Shown: piece by piece, positions 22,058-31,518 of the stretch
Layout of the letters: every line of letters begins with the position of its first letter
Numbering within the stretch: position 1 is the stretch's first letter
Assembly (NCBI GenBank): GCA_963663165.1
Contig: OY760175.1
Span: 2,176,001 to 2,240,000, forward strand
Reading direction: 5' to 3'
DNA length: 64,000 nucleotides
Origin: an uncultured Desulfospira sp.
GTDB lineage: Bacteria; Desulfobacterota; Desulfobacteria; Desulfobacterales; Desulfobacteraceae
The notes under the pieces: model-generated
What the model saw: the letters and a program-made list of their open reading frames with translations, nothing else
Databases searched by the model: none
What the model was told of the DNA's origin: nothing
Made by a program: the position numbers and the translations under genes

Positions 22058-22211
22058 GTAACTGTTCAGCAGTGCCCCATCTTCGCTCATTCAGGCCTTC
22101 TCACATAGCAAAAGTATGCTACGAAGTCCTGACTAAACAAATATGAAGCACTGATGAACAGTTACGGATCCCTGGTTTTTGATTATTTTTCATCATTAGC
22201 TGAATAGTTAC
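22058..22211 (+). mobile_element. MITE family A, copy 1 (154 bp)
   Basis: Ends GTAACTGTTCAGC...GCTGAATAGTTAC; flanked by 8-bp direct repeat AAATTCAT (22050-57, 22212-19); near-identical copies at 35061 and 58463. Confidence 0.85.
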
Positions 22212-22227
22212 AAATTCATTTTATTTT

Positions 22228-22281
22228 ACCATGAAGCACATGAAGCGCATGAAGGAAAGCTCTCTTCATGTGCTTCATGGT
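22228..22281. repeat. REP-like palindrome of 9-bp CATGAAGNN units
   Basis: ACCATGAAGCACATGAAG ... CTTCATGTGCTTCATGGT, perfect 18-bp inverted repeat. Confidence 0.75.
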
Positions 22282-22350
22282 TTTAAAAATTTTTCATGGG
22301 TTACTAAAAATCCAAACACCTTACCCACTGTTTTTTAAGACCGCCATACG

Positions 22351-22389
22351 AAAAAAGGGGAGAGAAACAAAACATGCTTCCCTCCCCTT
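22351..22389 (-). terminator. Rho-independent terminator of rplM-rpsI
   Basis: AAGGGGAG..CTCCCCTT stem with A-tract on + strand (U-tract on -). Confidence 0.6.
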
Positions 22390-22415
22390 GGAGTTCCAAA
22401 ATTGAATAAAAGAAA

Positions 22416-22811
22416 TTATCTTTTTGAGAACTGGAAACTGGCCCTTGCAGCCTTTTTACCGTATTTTTTACGTTCCTTTGTCCTGGAATCCCGGGTAAGG
22501 AAGCCAGCCGTTTTAAGCACCCCCCTCAATGCCGGGTCTGCGATGATCAGGGCTTTGGCAACGCCTAACCGGACGGCACCGGCCTGGCCGGTCTGTCCGC
22601 CGCCCATAACGGTAACTTTAATATCAAAGGAATCCTGTTTCTCTGTCAAGGTAAGCGGGGAAGCCAGAATCTGCTGGTTCACACCAATGTCAAAGTAATC
22701 ATCCATTTCCCGGTCATTGACAACAATATTGCCTGTGCCGGGTTTCAACCAAACCTTGGCCACAGAATCTTTACGCTTTCCTGTGGCGTAAAATACGTTT
22801 CCAGTTTCCAT
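22416..22811 (-). CDS. rpsI: 30S ribosomal protein S9
   Basis: [39 protein letters not shown]. Confidence 0.98.
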   Translation of the reverse strand: METGNVFYATGKRKDSVAKVWLKPGTGNIVVNDREMDDYFDIGVNQQILASPLTLTEKQDSFDIKVTVMGGGQTGQAGAVRLGVAKALIIADPALRGVLKTAGFLTRDSRTKERKKYGKKAARASFQFSKR

Positions 22812-22837
22812 TGAATCTTCTTTTTATCCTTATGAAT

Positions 22838-23272
22838 TTAAATGTCTAATACTTCCGGTTTCTGTGCTGCGTGAGGATGTGCCTCACCCGCATATACGAA
22901 TAATTTTTTGCCCAGCTTCCGGCCCAGCCTGTTTTTGGGCAGCATGCCCCTGACAGCCTTCCGGATAACCTCTTCAGGTTTTTTCTCAAGCAGTTCCTTT
23001 GCGGTATCAGACTTCAGGCTGCCGATATACCCTGAATGGCGGTAATATGTTTTCTGGTCTAGTTTTCTACCGGTCAGGCGGATTTTGTCGGCATTGATCA
23101 CCACAACCCAGTCTCCGGTATCCACATGGGGGGTATACAACGGGGTATGTTTTCCGCGGATTCTATATGCAATTTGTGATGCCAGTCTTCCCAAAACCTT
23201 ATCGGTTGCATCAACAACACACCAGTTTTCTTTATTATCGGATCTTTTTGCGCTGTATGTATATTTTTTCAC
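22838..23272 (-). CDS. rplM: 50S ribosomal protein L13
   Basis: [47 protein letters not shown] start 23272. Confidence 0.98.
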   Translation of the reverse strand: MKKYTYSAKRSDNKENWCVVDATDKVLGRLASQIAYRIRGKHTPLYTPHVDTGDWVVVINADKIRLTGRKLDQKTYYRHSGYIGSLKSDTAKELLEKKPEEVIRKAVRGMLPKNRLGRKLGKKLFVYAGEAHPHAAQKPEVLDI

Positions 23273-23345
23273 CGTTCTCAATGCTCCTATTCGTAAACAC
23301 AACCCGCAATATTTACCTGGTTCTTACTTCAAAGTCAACCATTTT

Positions 23346-23753
23346 CTATAGTTCTATTGTTTTTTCAAATTTTATATCTTCAATTGCGGATTTGGTGTCT
23401 TTTGAACCGTCCAGTTTGCTTGAGGTTTTGCAGGTCACTTCAGCGTTGAGGACCCCCCCGTTTTCCACGATCAGGTCCTTGCACTCCACTTTGCCTGAAC
23501 AGACCCCGGTGGCCAGGATAATCAGTTCCTTGGACGCACAAATCTCGCCCTGGAACTTCCCGCCGATGGTGATGCTGGCCACCCGGGTGGAACTGGATTG
23601 AACCATGCCGTCTTCGGCAATAATGACCTCATCGCCGTCAATGGTACCGGTCACCCGGCCTTTAATAATCAGCTTGCCGGCACTTGAAATAGACCCGTCT
23701 ATTTTGAGTTCTTTATCAATAATGGACAAATTCTGTTTTGCTTTTCTGGCCAC
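23346..23753 (-). CDS. Bactofilin (polymer-forming cytoskeletal protein, CcmA-like)
   Basis: SIIDKELKIDGSI..LIIKGRVTGTI..IGGKFQGEI..L.ILATG.CSGKV..L.VENGG beta-helix pattern. Confidence 0.88.
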   Translation of the reverse strand: MARKAKQNLSIIDKELKIDGSISSAGKLIIKGRVTGTIDGDEVIIAEDGMVQSSSTRVASITIGGKFQGEICASKELIILATGVCSGKVECKDLIVENGGVLNAEVTCKTSSKLDGSKDTKSAIEDIKFEKTIEL

Positions 23754-23772
23754 AATCCTTCTCCTTGAAGCC

Positions 23773-25305
23773 TTAAGATTGAATATCTATGTAAATTTTG
23801 CCGACCTCTTCCCCGTTCAATGTTGTCAGAACGTAGTATCTTCTGCCCTTCTTTTCAAGAGAATATTGGGGCATCAGTGCGCCGGACCCGATATCAATGA
23901 CATACCCTCTGTCCTCACCGTTGTTCTTAGACTGGTTCCCAACAAACCCTTTAAAGTTAACGATATATTTGCACGGGTCTGTCTGGCTGGTAAGGATATC
24001 CTCAATCACCAGTTTATCCCCGGGCTTGACCGTCACATGGGCATAATTATTGAAAATCACTGTCTTGCCGTTTATCTTAAGCTTGTATCGGATCTCTTTG
24101 CTGATTTCCGATTCCCCGGAAAGCACCACACTCCCGGGCATCACCTTTGATCCGGCATCGGTTTCAACCAGGTCAAGAAACACACTGCCGCAGGCATAGG
24201 AATCTTTTTTGGCAACAATCCTGGTGGATTCCATGATCTTGATCTGTTTTTTTAAATCATTGTAATCATTTCCGGCCCCGAGGATGTCCACACTTAATCC
24301 ACGCTCATAATTGGCCACAATGTCATGCACCAGAATAGAATCCCCCCGGCGGACTTTCAGATGCTGCATCCGGGCCACCACCACCGGTATGGAGTCATTG
24401 ATGGACATGATCATATACTGCATTTCCGGTTCTTTTAAGTCAATTCCCGGGGTTTCGGGCACTATCCCGAGAATATCCATAAACCCGTTAATGGCATAAA
24501 TATGCTGTCTGACCTTTTGCTCAAGGGGCAGGGATTTGGCCGACTCAATCCCAAAGGCGGGGATTTTACACACATTCATGGCATAGTATGTGGCAGACTG
24601 TCTTTGCTCTTTGTGAATGCTGTCCGGATAACTTGTCCTGTGATTGTTAAAATGAAACCGGCAGGACAGATCGGTTATATTTTCGTTAATTTTCTCAATC
24701 ACCTTTTTGGCCATGGCCTCAAGGTCGATGACAGGCTTTCCGTTCCCGGGTTCTAAAAGGGCATCGTCTGCAATAATGGACTGGCCGAATTTTTTGGGAT
24801 TTCTATTTTCGTTTTTCCAGTCAGGGGAAAAAAAGCCCGATCCCTCATGAAGATTTAAAAAACAGTCACTTTCACAGATTAATTTTTTCAGGACATCCAC
24901 CACCCTGGCTTCATAGTTGGCGGTATGGTCATCCATGAATTTTCTGTTCATATCCTGATTAATCTGCCGTTCATTTTTAAGGATGGAAGGGAAATTGGCC
25001 CTGGGAACCACAATAAGGGTCCCGGTCTCAAGGGAAAAATCCGCATAAAAGTCTGCGGCCAGAAAACCGCCGGGTTCATCGCCTTGTATCCCACCGACAA
25101 TTAAAAGGGTTTTCCCCTTTTTGGCCCCCATGATCCGGTATACATGAAGTTCATTTTCCTGCCCTTCAAAATAGACCGTATGGGTCCGCTGCCCGGCACA
25201 GCACAGCATCGGGCCGCTGCCCAGACACCATAACACCAGGCCCCATAAAATCCATGAAAAAGCTGTCGGCCCGGCACCCCATTTGTCTTTGACATCAACC
25301 ATCAA
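23773..25305 (-). CDS. M99/M14-family peptidoglycan DL-carboxypeptidase (Csd4/Pgp1-like)
   Basis: GGIQGDEPGG (Gln zinc ligand as in H. pylori Csd4), VPRAN, DMNRKF, LNLHEGSGF, AFGIESAK; signal/TM segment. Confidence 0.8.
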   Translation of the reverse strand: MMVDVKDKWGAGPTAFSWILWGLVLWCLGSGPMLCCAGQRTHTVYFEGQENELHVYRIMGAKKGKTLLIVGGIQGDEPGGFLAADFYADFSLETGTLIVVPRANFPSILKNERQINQDMNRKFMDDHTANYEARVVDVLKKLICESDCFLNLHEGSGFFSPDWKNENRNPKKFGQSIIADDALLEPGNGKPVIDLEAMAKKVIEKINENITDLSCRFHFNNHRTSYPDSIHKEQRQSATYYAMNVCKIPAFGIESAKSLPLEQKVRQHIYAINGFMDILGIVPETPGIDLKEPEMQYMIMSINDSIPVVVARMQHLKVRRGDSILVHDIVANYERGLSVDILGAGNDYNDLKKQIKIMESTRIVAKKDSYACGSVFLDLVETDAGSKVMPGSVVLSGESEISKEIRYKLKINGKTVIFNNYAHVTVKPGDKLVIEDILTSQTDPCKYIVNFKGFVGNQSKNNGEDRGYVIDIGSGALMPQYSLEKKGRRYYVLTTLNGEEVGKIYIDIQS

Positions 25306-25316
25306 ACCGGGCCCCT

Positions 25317-26330
25317 TTAATCGCCGTTGGTGTTGTCTTGTTCAAGATCAAAAAAAGTTTCATCCACCAAATTCCCATCCTCGTTAAAAATGTAAACCGC
25401 TGCATATTTATAATCCCCTGAAGACAGTCCGGATTCCACCTTAAACCTTACAGGCTTGTAATGGGAAATGGAAAAATACTGCCCTTTTTTATATACATCT
25501 GGAATCCCGTTTTTCAAGGGGACGCTGGGAACCGCCAGCCAATTGGACGGGTCTGATTTGTCCGGTTTTAAAATGGTAAATATCCGTCCGGAAATCCCGC
25601 CGGGTTTATCGGAATTGTTCCGGATATCAAATCCAATGTGCAGAAATTTGGAGTGACTGTCCTTTAAAAGGGTAAATTTTTCAATCAATACGCTTTTTCC
25701 CTGGGTCTGGCCATCTTCGGTATCCGGCCCGGCAACGGTGTTGCCATCTTCGCTACCGGGGCCGTTCTCCTCAAAGACATCCGATTCTAAAGCGTCTTGT
25801 GAACCAGGCTCATTCATATCCGTTTGCCCGGAAGGCGGCTGGGCCGGATCAGACGGGGCGGCGGCCGCTCCAACGGGTTCAGGATCTTTGGACACCACAG
25901 CCTTGTTTTTTTCCGGCACTTTTCTTTCTTTGGAAGCCGGTTTTTCTCCAGGGGACGGGACGCCGGTCTTTCCCGCATCGGCCAATTGCACGGGAACCCC
26001 TGGCTCTTTTCCAAGAATCACCAGGCGGGCCATTAATATTTCTTTTTCTTTGACCAGGGTGTTGTATTTTTTTTCAAGGCTTTGGGTTTTCTGGGTCAAC
26101 AGCCGGTGTTGAACGGACAACTCTTTATAAAAAAAATACAGCCCGCCGGCGGCCAAGGCACAGACCATGCTTGAAACGGCAAAAAATTTAGCAAACCCCC
26201 TTAAATAGTCTCCGGATCTCATCTCACCGTAATCATCCACAATGAGAACCCGCTTATTTCGATTTTTCTTTCTCTCAGATGGTTTGGCTTTGGCTATTTC
26301 CCTTTCCAGTTCTCTTGAGATATCTTCCAT
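25317..26330 (-). CDS. Hypothetical bitopic membrane protein (TM, coiled coil, Pro/acidic linker, C-terminal beta domain)
   Basis: 337-aa ORF overlapping the upstream L,D-peptidase stop; architecture read from composition. Confidence 0.75.
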   Translation of the reverse strand: MEDISRELEREIAKAKPSERKKNRNKRVLIVDDYGEMRSGDYLRGFAKFFAVSSMVCALAAGGLYFFYKELSVQHRLLTQKTQSLEKKYNTLVKEKEILMARLVILGKEPGVPVQLADAGKTGVPSPGEKPASKERKVPEKNKAVVSKDPEPVGAAAAPSDPAQPPSGQTDMNEPGSQDALESDVFEENGPGSEDGNTVAGPDTEDGQTQGKSVLIEKFTLLKDSHSKFLHIGFDIRNNSDKPGGISGRIFTILKPDKSDPSNWLAVPSVPLKNGIPDVYKKGQYFSISHYKPVRFKVESGLSSGDYKYAAVYIFNEDGNLVDETFFDLEQDNTNGD

Positions 26331-27628
26331 GCTCCACCTTTGTTCACGAGTTTCAATTGCTTGATCCCCTTTGTTGAAAAACCGCTGGATTTATAATTTT
26401 GAAAAAACCGGACCTCAACACCGTCCTTCTTTTTTATGATTTTAAAGTTTTTACCGGTCACATGGATACGGGCATACTTTCCGGCCAGGGCTTTTTTCCG
26501 GTTAACCCATTCCGTCTTGGACATCCCCTCGCCATAAAATTCCGGTGCATAAAATTGCGCATAGGCATCCATATCTTTGGCCGACCATGCGGCCAGCCAG
26601 GCTTTAACCGTTTCCAGCACATCCCCGTGATCGGGCCGGGAACCTGACGCATTTTGTGATGCGGCCACCAGGGGGAAATTAACCGTTGCATAGGCCTGAT
26701 TTTTCTTCTGGTACACATCCCCGATGATTTTGGTCTCCTGGCCAATGGTCTCAAAAAACAGTTTTCGTTTCCCCAAATCAACCTTTTTGCCGTTAAAGGA
26801 AAACCCGAAATCCATTAAGACCACACAAAGGTTCCCGTGACGGTAAATCCCGGTTGATGAGGCCAGCACCGTTAACTGTTTTTCGTCTTTTTTAAACTGG
26901 TTTCGGATGACCAGCCACTGTTCCCACCAGGAAATGTCCGGCACATAGGAGGGGGCATAAAAAGACAAATACTGATGGTAAGATCCGCGCTCAATGGCCT
27001 TGACCCAGTCCCTGACAAGGGACAGGATCTGCTCTTTTTCTCTGTCAGGGGAAAGGGGGGCGGCCATGGATAAGGTGTCGACAATAATCAGGGGGGTTGA
27101 ATCCAGGGTAATATACCGGGATAAGGCCAGAACATTTTTATTTTCAAGGGCCACGCACCCGTTGGAATCCATGGGTTTGAGTTCTTTATCCGTCCCGTGA
27201 ATCCAGATGGCCGACCCGTTTTTGCCCTGGCGCCGGTCAATAAAATTGGGGTAATCGGTTGGAAAGGCTTTTTTCCCGTACACCGGGGTCAGATATTTAT
27301 CTTCGAACTCATCGGTTAAAAAATAAATCCCTTCCGGGGTCCTCTTGTCGCCCTTCTTGACTTTGGGGCCGGAGACTTCTCCGGTAGAACACGGTGCACT
27401 GAAAACAATATCCATGGGGGTTCCCTGGGGGGAAGCGTCACTGCCCGAACCGTTTGAGACCACATAAAGCATCTGGCTGTCTTTTTCCACGATAACCGCA
27501 TTTTCATTTTCCGGCAGCTGTATCACAAAACGGTTAAAATCATGGGGGTTTACCGGCCCGGCATACAGGGGGCTCATCCATAAGAATCCAGCCTGAAGAA
27601 TAAGATAAAGCCTGACAATCTGTTTCAT
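26294..27628 (-). CDS. YkuD-family L,D-transpeptidase/carboxypeptidase with two NTF2-like domains (Csd6/Pgp2-like)
   Basis: GDKRTPEGIY, DYPN, IWIHG..SNGCVAL catalytic His/Cys; two W.KAI/W.AAW..Y..FY.P repeats. Confidence 0.85.
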   Translation of the reverse strand: MKQIVRLYLILQAGFLWMSPLYAGPVNPHDFNRFVIQLPENENAVIVEKDSQMLYVVSNGSGSDASPQGTPMDIVFSAPCSTGEVSGPKVKKGDKRTPEGIYFLTDEFEDKYLTPVYGKKAFPTDYPNFIDRRQGKNGSAIWIHGTDKELKPMDSNGCVALENKNVLALSRYITLDSTPLIIVDTLSMAAPLSPDREKEQILSLVRDWVKAIERGSYHQYLSFYAPSYVPDISWWEQWLVIRNQFKKDEKQLTVLASSTGIYRHGNLCVVLMDFGFSFNGKKVDLGKRKLFFETIGQETKIIGDVYQKKNQAYATVNFPLVAASQNASGSRPDHGDVLETVKAWLAAWSAKDMDAYAQFYAPEFYGEGMSKTEWVNRKKALAGKYARIHVTGKNFKIIKKKDGVEVRFFQNYKSSGFSTKGIKQLKLVNKGGAWKISQENWKGK

Positions 27629-27635
27629 AAAAGGA

Positions 27636-28691
27636 CTATTTAACTTTTTTCACTGTTTTATTAAGGTGTTTAAATGCAGCATCCGACGCCCTTCGGCCCG
27701 AGGACGTCCGCAACACCAGCCCAATCTTTAAAAGGTACGGTTCCACAACGTCTACCAGCGTGTCCGTTTCTTCCTGAAGGGTGGCCGCAATGGCTTCCAC
27801 GCCCACGGGCCCGCCGCCGTAAAAATCAATGATGGTGGACAGATACTGCCGGTCCAGCCGTGTCAGGCCAAGTTCGTCAATGCCTTCAAGGCCAAGGGCA
27901 TCATTAACAATGTCTTTGGTCACCACCCCGTTGGCCCGGACCATGGCAAAATCCCTTACCCGTTTGAGCAGGCGGTTGGCAATTCTCGGGGTGCCCCTGG
28001 ACCGTCTGGCAAGCTCATAAGAGCCGTCAGCCGACACCGTTGTCCTGAGAATTCCGGCAGACCGCTCCACAATGGTCTGAAGTTCCTCACAGGTATAAAA
28101 ATCCAGAGTCCTGAAAATACCGAACCGGTCCCTTAAAGGAGAGGACAGCAAGCCCACCCGGGTGGTAGCCCCCACCAGCACAAACCGGTTGAGCCGGTAC
28201 CGGTGGCTTCGGGCGTGGATTCCCTTGTCAAACACGAAATCCACAGCAAAATCTTCCATGGCCGGGTACAAAAATTCCTCCACCACCTTTGGAATCCGGT
28301 GAATTTCATCAATGAACAGGATATCCCCTTCCCCAAGATTGGTTAAAATACCGATCAGATCCCCCCCCTTCTCAAGGGTGGGGCCGGATGTTACCGTCAG
28401 ATCACTGCCCATCTCATTGGCAATAATATGGGAAACCGTTGTTTTCCCTAATCCCGGCGGGCCGTGAAGCAGAATATGATCCAGCGGATCATTTCTCATT
28501 TTAGCGGCCTGTATGGCGATTTTCAAGGTTTCAACCGATTCGGTCTGCCCCACGTAATCCTCAAAACAGGCCGGCCTCAACGACACAATATCGGCCAGGC
28601 TGTCTTCCTTGAGTTCTTTAGAGGACAGCAGCCCTTTTCTATTGGTTTCTCCAGGGGGTTTGGATGAAAAGGTTAAAATATCATCGGCCAT
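27636..28691 (-). CDS. ruvB: Holliday junction branch migration helicase RuvB
   Basis: [42 protein letters not shown]. Confidence 0.98.
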   Translation of the reverse strand: MADDILTFSSKPPGETNRKGLLSSKELKEDSLADIVSLRPACFEDYVGQTESVETLKIAIQAAKMRNDPLDHILLHGPPGLGKTTVSHIIANEMGSDLTVTSGPTLEKGGDLIGILTNLGEGDILFIDEIHRIPKVVEEFLYPAMEDFAVDFVFDKGIHARSHRYRLNRFVLVGATTRVGLLSSPLRDRFGIFRTLDFYTCEELQTIVERSAGILRTTVSADGSYELARRSRGTPRIANRLLKRVRDFAMVRANGVVTKDIVNDALGLEGIDELGLTRLDRQYLSTIIDFYGGGPVGVEAIAATLQEETDTLVDVVEPYLLKIGLVLRTSSGRRASDAAFKHLNKTVKKVK

Positions 28692-28694
28692 ATC

Positions 28695-29324
28695 TTAAGG
28701 GCTTTCCTTATAAATTTCATCAAACAGCGCTTCAGGCGTATTGATATTTGAATTTCTGGCAAAGGCTTCTTTAATCATCCTTGCCGCAGAAGCCGCTGTA
28801 TGGCCGAGCTGCTCCACCAGCACATCCTGCACCTGGAGGGCGATCTGCCGGTGATCCGGGGCCAAGGGTTCCCGGCCTTCCGCATCCGGGACCAGGTCTG
28901 TTGACATAAAGCCGGCCGCCTTCCCCCTGAGGGTGGCGATGATTTTTTCAGCGGTCCGTTTTCCGATCCCCGAAAGTTGGGAAAGAAAGGACACATCCTT
29001 TTGCTCAATGGCGGCTGCGATTTCTCCTGTGGGCCGGGTCAGGGCCTTTACCGCCTTCATGGGGCCAATGGCGGCAACGGATATGAACAATTGAAAAAAG
29101 GCCCGGTCCTCTGGTGTGGCAAACCCGATCAATACGGGCTTGGGCTGCCGCTCAGAGACATGGTAATAAATATAAAGGGACACGGTCTGGTCCTGATCCG
29201 ACTGCCGGCGAATCTGCTCAAGGGTCCGGGTATTGAGCAGGACCTCAAATCCGATCTGACCGGATAAGAGCAAAATCCCATCAGGCTCAACCCCGATGAT
29301 CTTTCCCTCAAGATATCCTATCAT
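28695..29324 (-). CDS. ruvA: Holliday junction branch migration protein RuvA
   Basis: MIGYLEG, HhH motifs IGPMKA and SGIGKRTAEKI; between ruvC and ruvB. Confidence 0.93.
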   Translation of the reverse strand: MIGYLEGKIIGVEPDGILLLSGQIGFEVLLNTRTLEQIRRQSDQDQTVSLYIYYHVSERQPKPVLIGFATPEDRAFFQLFISVAAIGPMKAVKALTRPTGEIAAAIEQKDVSFLSQLSGIGKRTAEKIIATLRGKAAGFMSTDLVPDAEGREPLAPDHRQIALQVQDVLVEQLGHTAASAARMIKEAFARNSNINTPEALFDEIYKESP

Positions 29325-29803
29325 AATTTCCCATACCTGTAGAATCCCGCCAAAGCAAGCCCGAGCGCATCTGACGCATGAAACGGCCGGATGGGTTCGG
29401 GATGCCCGAGTATGTTTCTGACAGCCCGTTCCAACTGGCGCTTATCTGCGCCGCCATTGCCTGAAATAATTTTCTTGACCTCGCGAACCGGGATTTCCTT
29501 TATGTCCACCCCTGCCCGGTGTGCCGCAACCAGAAGGACCCCGGACACCTTGCCCAGCATAATACCTGATCCTGGATATTTTTCAAGGGAGTATATATCT
29601 TCAATAACGACATAATCCGGCTGTTGCTGGGCTAAAAAATCCAATGTTCTGGAAAAAATGATATCCAGCCTCAACGGGGCCGGATCCTTGGAACAGGTGG
29701 CAATGCTGCCAAAAGAATAATGGTGAATGCGGTTCCCGGCCCCCTGGATAACACCGATCCCGGTACCGGCCAATCCAGGGTCAATGCCGACAAATTTGAT
29801 CAT
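29321..29803 (-). CDS. ruvC: Holliday junction resolvase RuvC
   Basis: GIDPGLAGTG, VIED, VKK..SGNG.ADK.Q, HASDALGLA. Confidence 0.93.
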   Translation of the reverse strand: MIKFVGIDPGLAGTGIGVIQGAGNRIHHYSFGSIATCSKDPAPLRLDIIFSRTLDFLAQQQPDYVVIEDIYSLEKYPGSGIMLGKVSGVLLVAAHRAGVDIKEIPVREVKKIISGNGGADKRQLERAVRNILGHPEPIRPFHASDALGLALAGFYRYGKL

Positions 29804-29848
29804 GAAATCCCTCAACCCTTTTTTGGAAAACCCCCAAAAAGGGTTTAA

Positions 29849-30700
29849 TTATTTCAGGCTTTTTAGCTTTTCCTTGGCATACTTGGCCTCGTTGGTGTCC
29901 GGATGCCGTTTGATCAATTCGTTCAAAATCAACCGGGCATTGGCTTTTTCACCGAGTTCGGCAAAGGAGTATCCTTGTTTGAGCCTTGCCGCAGCGGTTT
30001 TGTTGGAATTACGGTAATCGTCCAGAACCTTCTGGTATTCGAGGATGGCCTTTTCATACCATTTCTCGGCATAGTATGAATCGGCAATCCAGTACCTGGC
30101 ATTATCCGCATTATGGGAATCCGGATACTTGTTGATAAAATTTTCAAACTGAATCCGGGCGTTCTCCATATCCCCTTTGTCGAAAAGGGTTTTGGCATTG
30201 TCGTACAGCTGGGTTTCAGACATGGCGTCCGCATTTTCCGGCAGGGTATTTCCGGCCGGCTTGTCGGCGTCTGCCGGTGCGGCAGTAGGTTCGAACCCCA
30301 TGTAATTTTCAAGCTTGATCAGCCGCTCATCATTTCTGGATATGGCAGCATCAAACCGGGTCAGTTCATTTTCAAAATCTTCCCACCGTCTCGCACTGCT
30401 GCTGCCAAGGGTTTGGTTCAACTCCTGGGTCCGGGTCTGAATCTGCTCAACTTTTTCTTTTACCAGGTTGAGTTCATAATTTGTTTCAGCATATTTTTCC
30501 CGGTTTTCATTGGTCACCTGGTCTAACCGGCCGGAAAACTCCCGGCCCTGGCTTTCCTTTGCCTGCAAATCTGAAGACAGGCGGGTATTTTCCGCTTCCA
30601 GGGCCGCTACCCTGTTTTCAAGGAGTTTATACTGATCCTGGCCCACACAGCCGGTCAATAAAAATAATAAACCACATGCGAATAATATATTCAGTTTCAT
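29849..30700 (-). CDS. cpoB: Tol-Pal system protein CpoB/YbgF
   Basis: Lipobox LTGC, coiled coil, TPR (FENFINKYPDS..ADNARYWIADSYY); follows pal. Confidence 0.92.
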   Translation of the reverse strand: MKLNILFACGLLFLLTGCVGQDQYKLLENRVAALEAENTRLSSDLQAKESQGREFSGRLDQVTNENREKYAETNYELNLVKEKVEQIQTRTQELNQTLGSSSARRWEDFENELTRFDAAISRNDERLIKLENYMGFEPTAAPADADKPAGNTLPENADAMSETQLYDNAKTLFDKGDMENARIQFENFINKYPDSHNADNARYWIADSYYAEKWYEKAILEYQKVLDDYRNSNKTAAARLKQGYSFAELGEKANARLILNELIKRHPDTNEAKYAKEKLKSLK

Positions 30701-30754
30701 ACCAAAGCTCCGGACAAGGGGCTTTCCCCACGGCAAACGGGGGTGCCCCTTATC

Positions 30755-30806
30755 TCTAGAAAAACACTGGTTCGTTCCTATCTAGAAAAACACTGGTTCG
30801 TTCCTA
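30755..30806. repeat. Perfect 26-bp tandem duplication
   Basis: TCTAGAAAAACACTGGTTCGTTCCTA at 30755-30780 and 30781-30806. Confidence 0.95.
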
Positions 30807-30884
30807 TAATGATGAAACCCCGTGTTTGGACAAAAGGCCGCCCATATGCACGGCAAAGCAGATGAGCGACGTTTTGTTTAAACA

Positions 30885-31463
30885 CTAGTTCAGAACAAAT
30901 TGTGCCCGGCGATTGAGCCGGTAAGCCGCTTCATTATGGGCCGGATCAAGGGGCTGTTCTTCGCCGAAACTGACGGTATTCATCCGGGAGTTGGACACAC
31001 CAAGGTCAGACAGGTATTTTTTTACCGCACTGGCCCGTTTTTCTCCCAATGCCAGGTTATATTCGGTGGTTCCCCTTTCATCACAATGCCCCTGGATAAT
31101 GACTGAAACTGACGTGTTATTCTGGAGCCAGGCGGCTTTTTCCTTTAAAAGTGTTTTGGCATCATAGGAAAGCTCTGCACTGTCATAGTCAAAAAGGATA
31201 TTCTCATTGAAGAACTTGTCTTTTGCCTGGGCCAGCATGGCTTGTCTTCTGGCCTCTTCTCTGGCCTGCTGGTCCGCAAGTTCCTGCTGCCGGATCCGTT
31301 CTGCCTCTGCTTCGGCCCTGGCTTTGGCATCAGCGTCGGTCCCGGAATCGTCCTGGACCGTTGTATCACCCGTTTTAACTTCCGGTTTTCCACAGGATAC
31401 CGTCATAAAAAGCCCGGCCACAAGCAGTGCCATCATCAGATTTACCCACAGTCTCTTGTTCAT
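30885..31463 (-). CDS. pal: Peptidoglycan-associated lipoprotein Pal
   Basis: Lipobox VSC; FDYDS, GHCDERGTTEYNLALGEKRA, SFGEE, NRRA. Confidence 0.96.
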   Translation of the reverse strand: MNKRLWVNLMMALLVAGLFMTVSCGKPEVKTGDTTVQDDSGTDADAKARAEAEAERIRQQELADQQAREEARRQAMLAQAKDKFFNENILFDYDSAELSYDAKTLLKEKAAWLQNNTSVSVIIQGHCDERGTTEYNLALGEKRASAVKKYLSDLGVSNSRMNTVSFGEEQPLDPAHNEAAYRLNRRAQFVLN

Positions 31464-31518
31464 AATCCCTCCTTCACGTTAATAGATTATTTAAGTTCTG
31501 ATTCTTAATTCATCATTT

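Noticed and set aside
21955..22146. 63-aa ORF running into MITE A
   Set aside because: Antisense to the sbcB start and made of repeat sequence; no transposase motifs.
30755..30806. Possible CRISPR mini-array
   Set aside because: The two 26-bp units abut with no spacer, and no cas genes are present.
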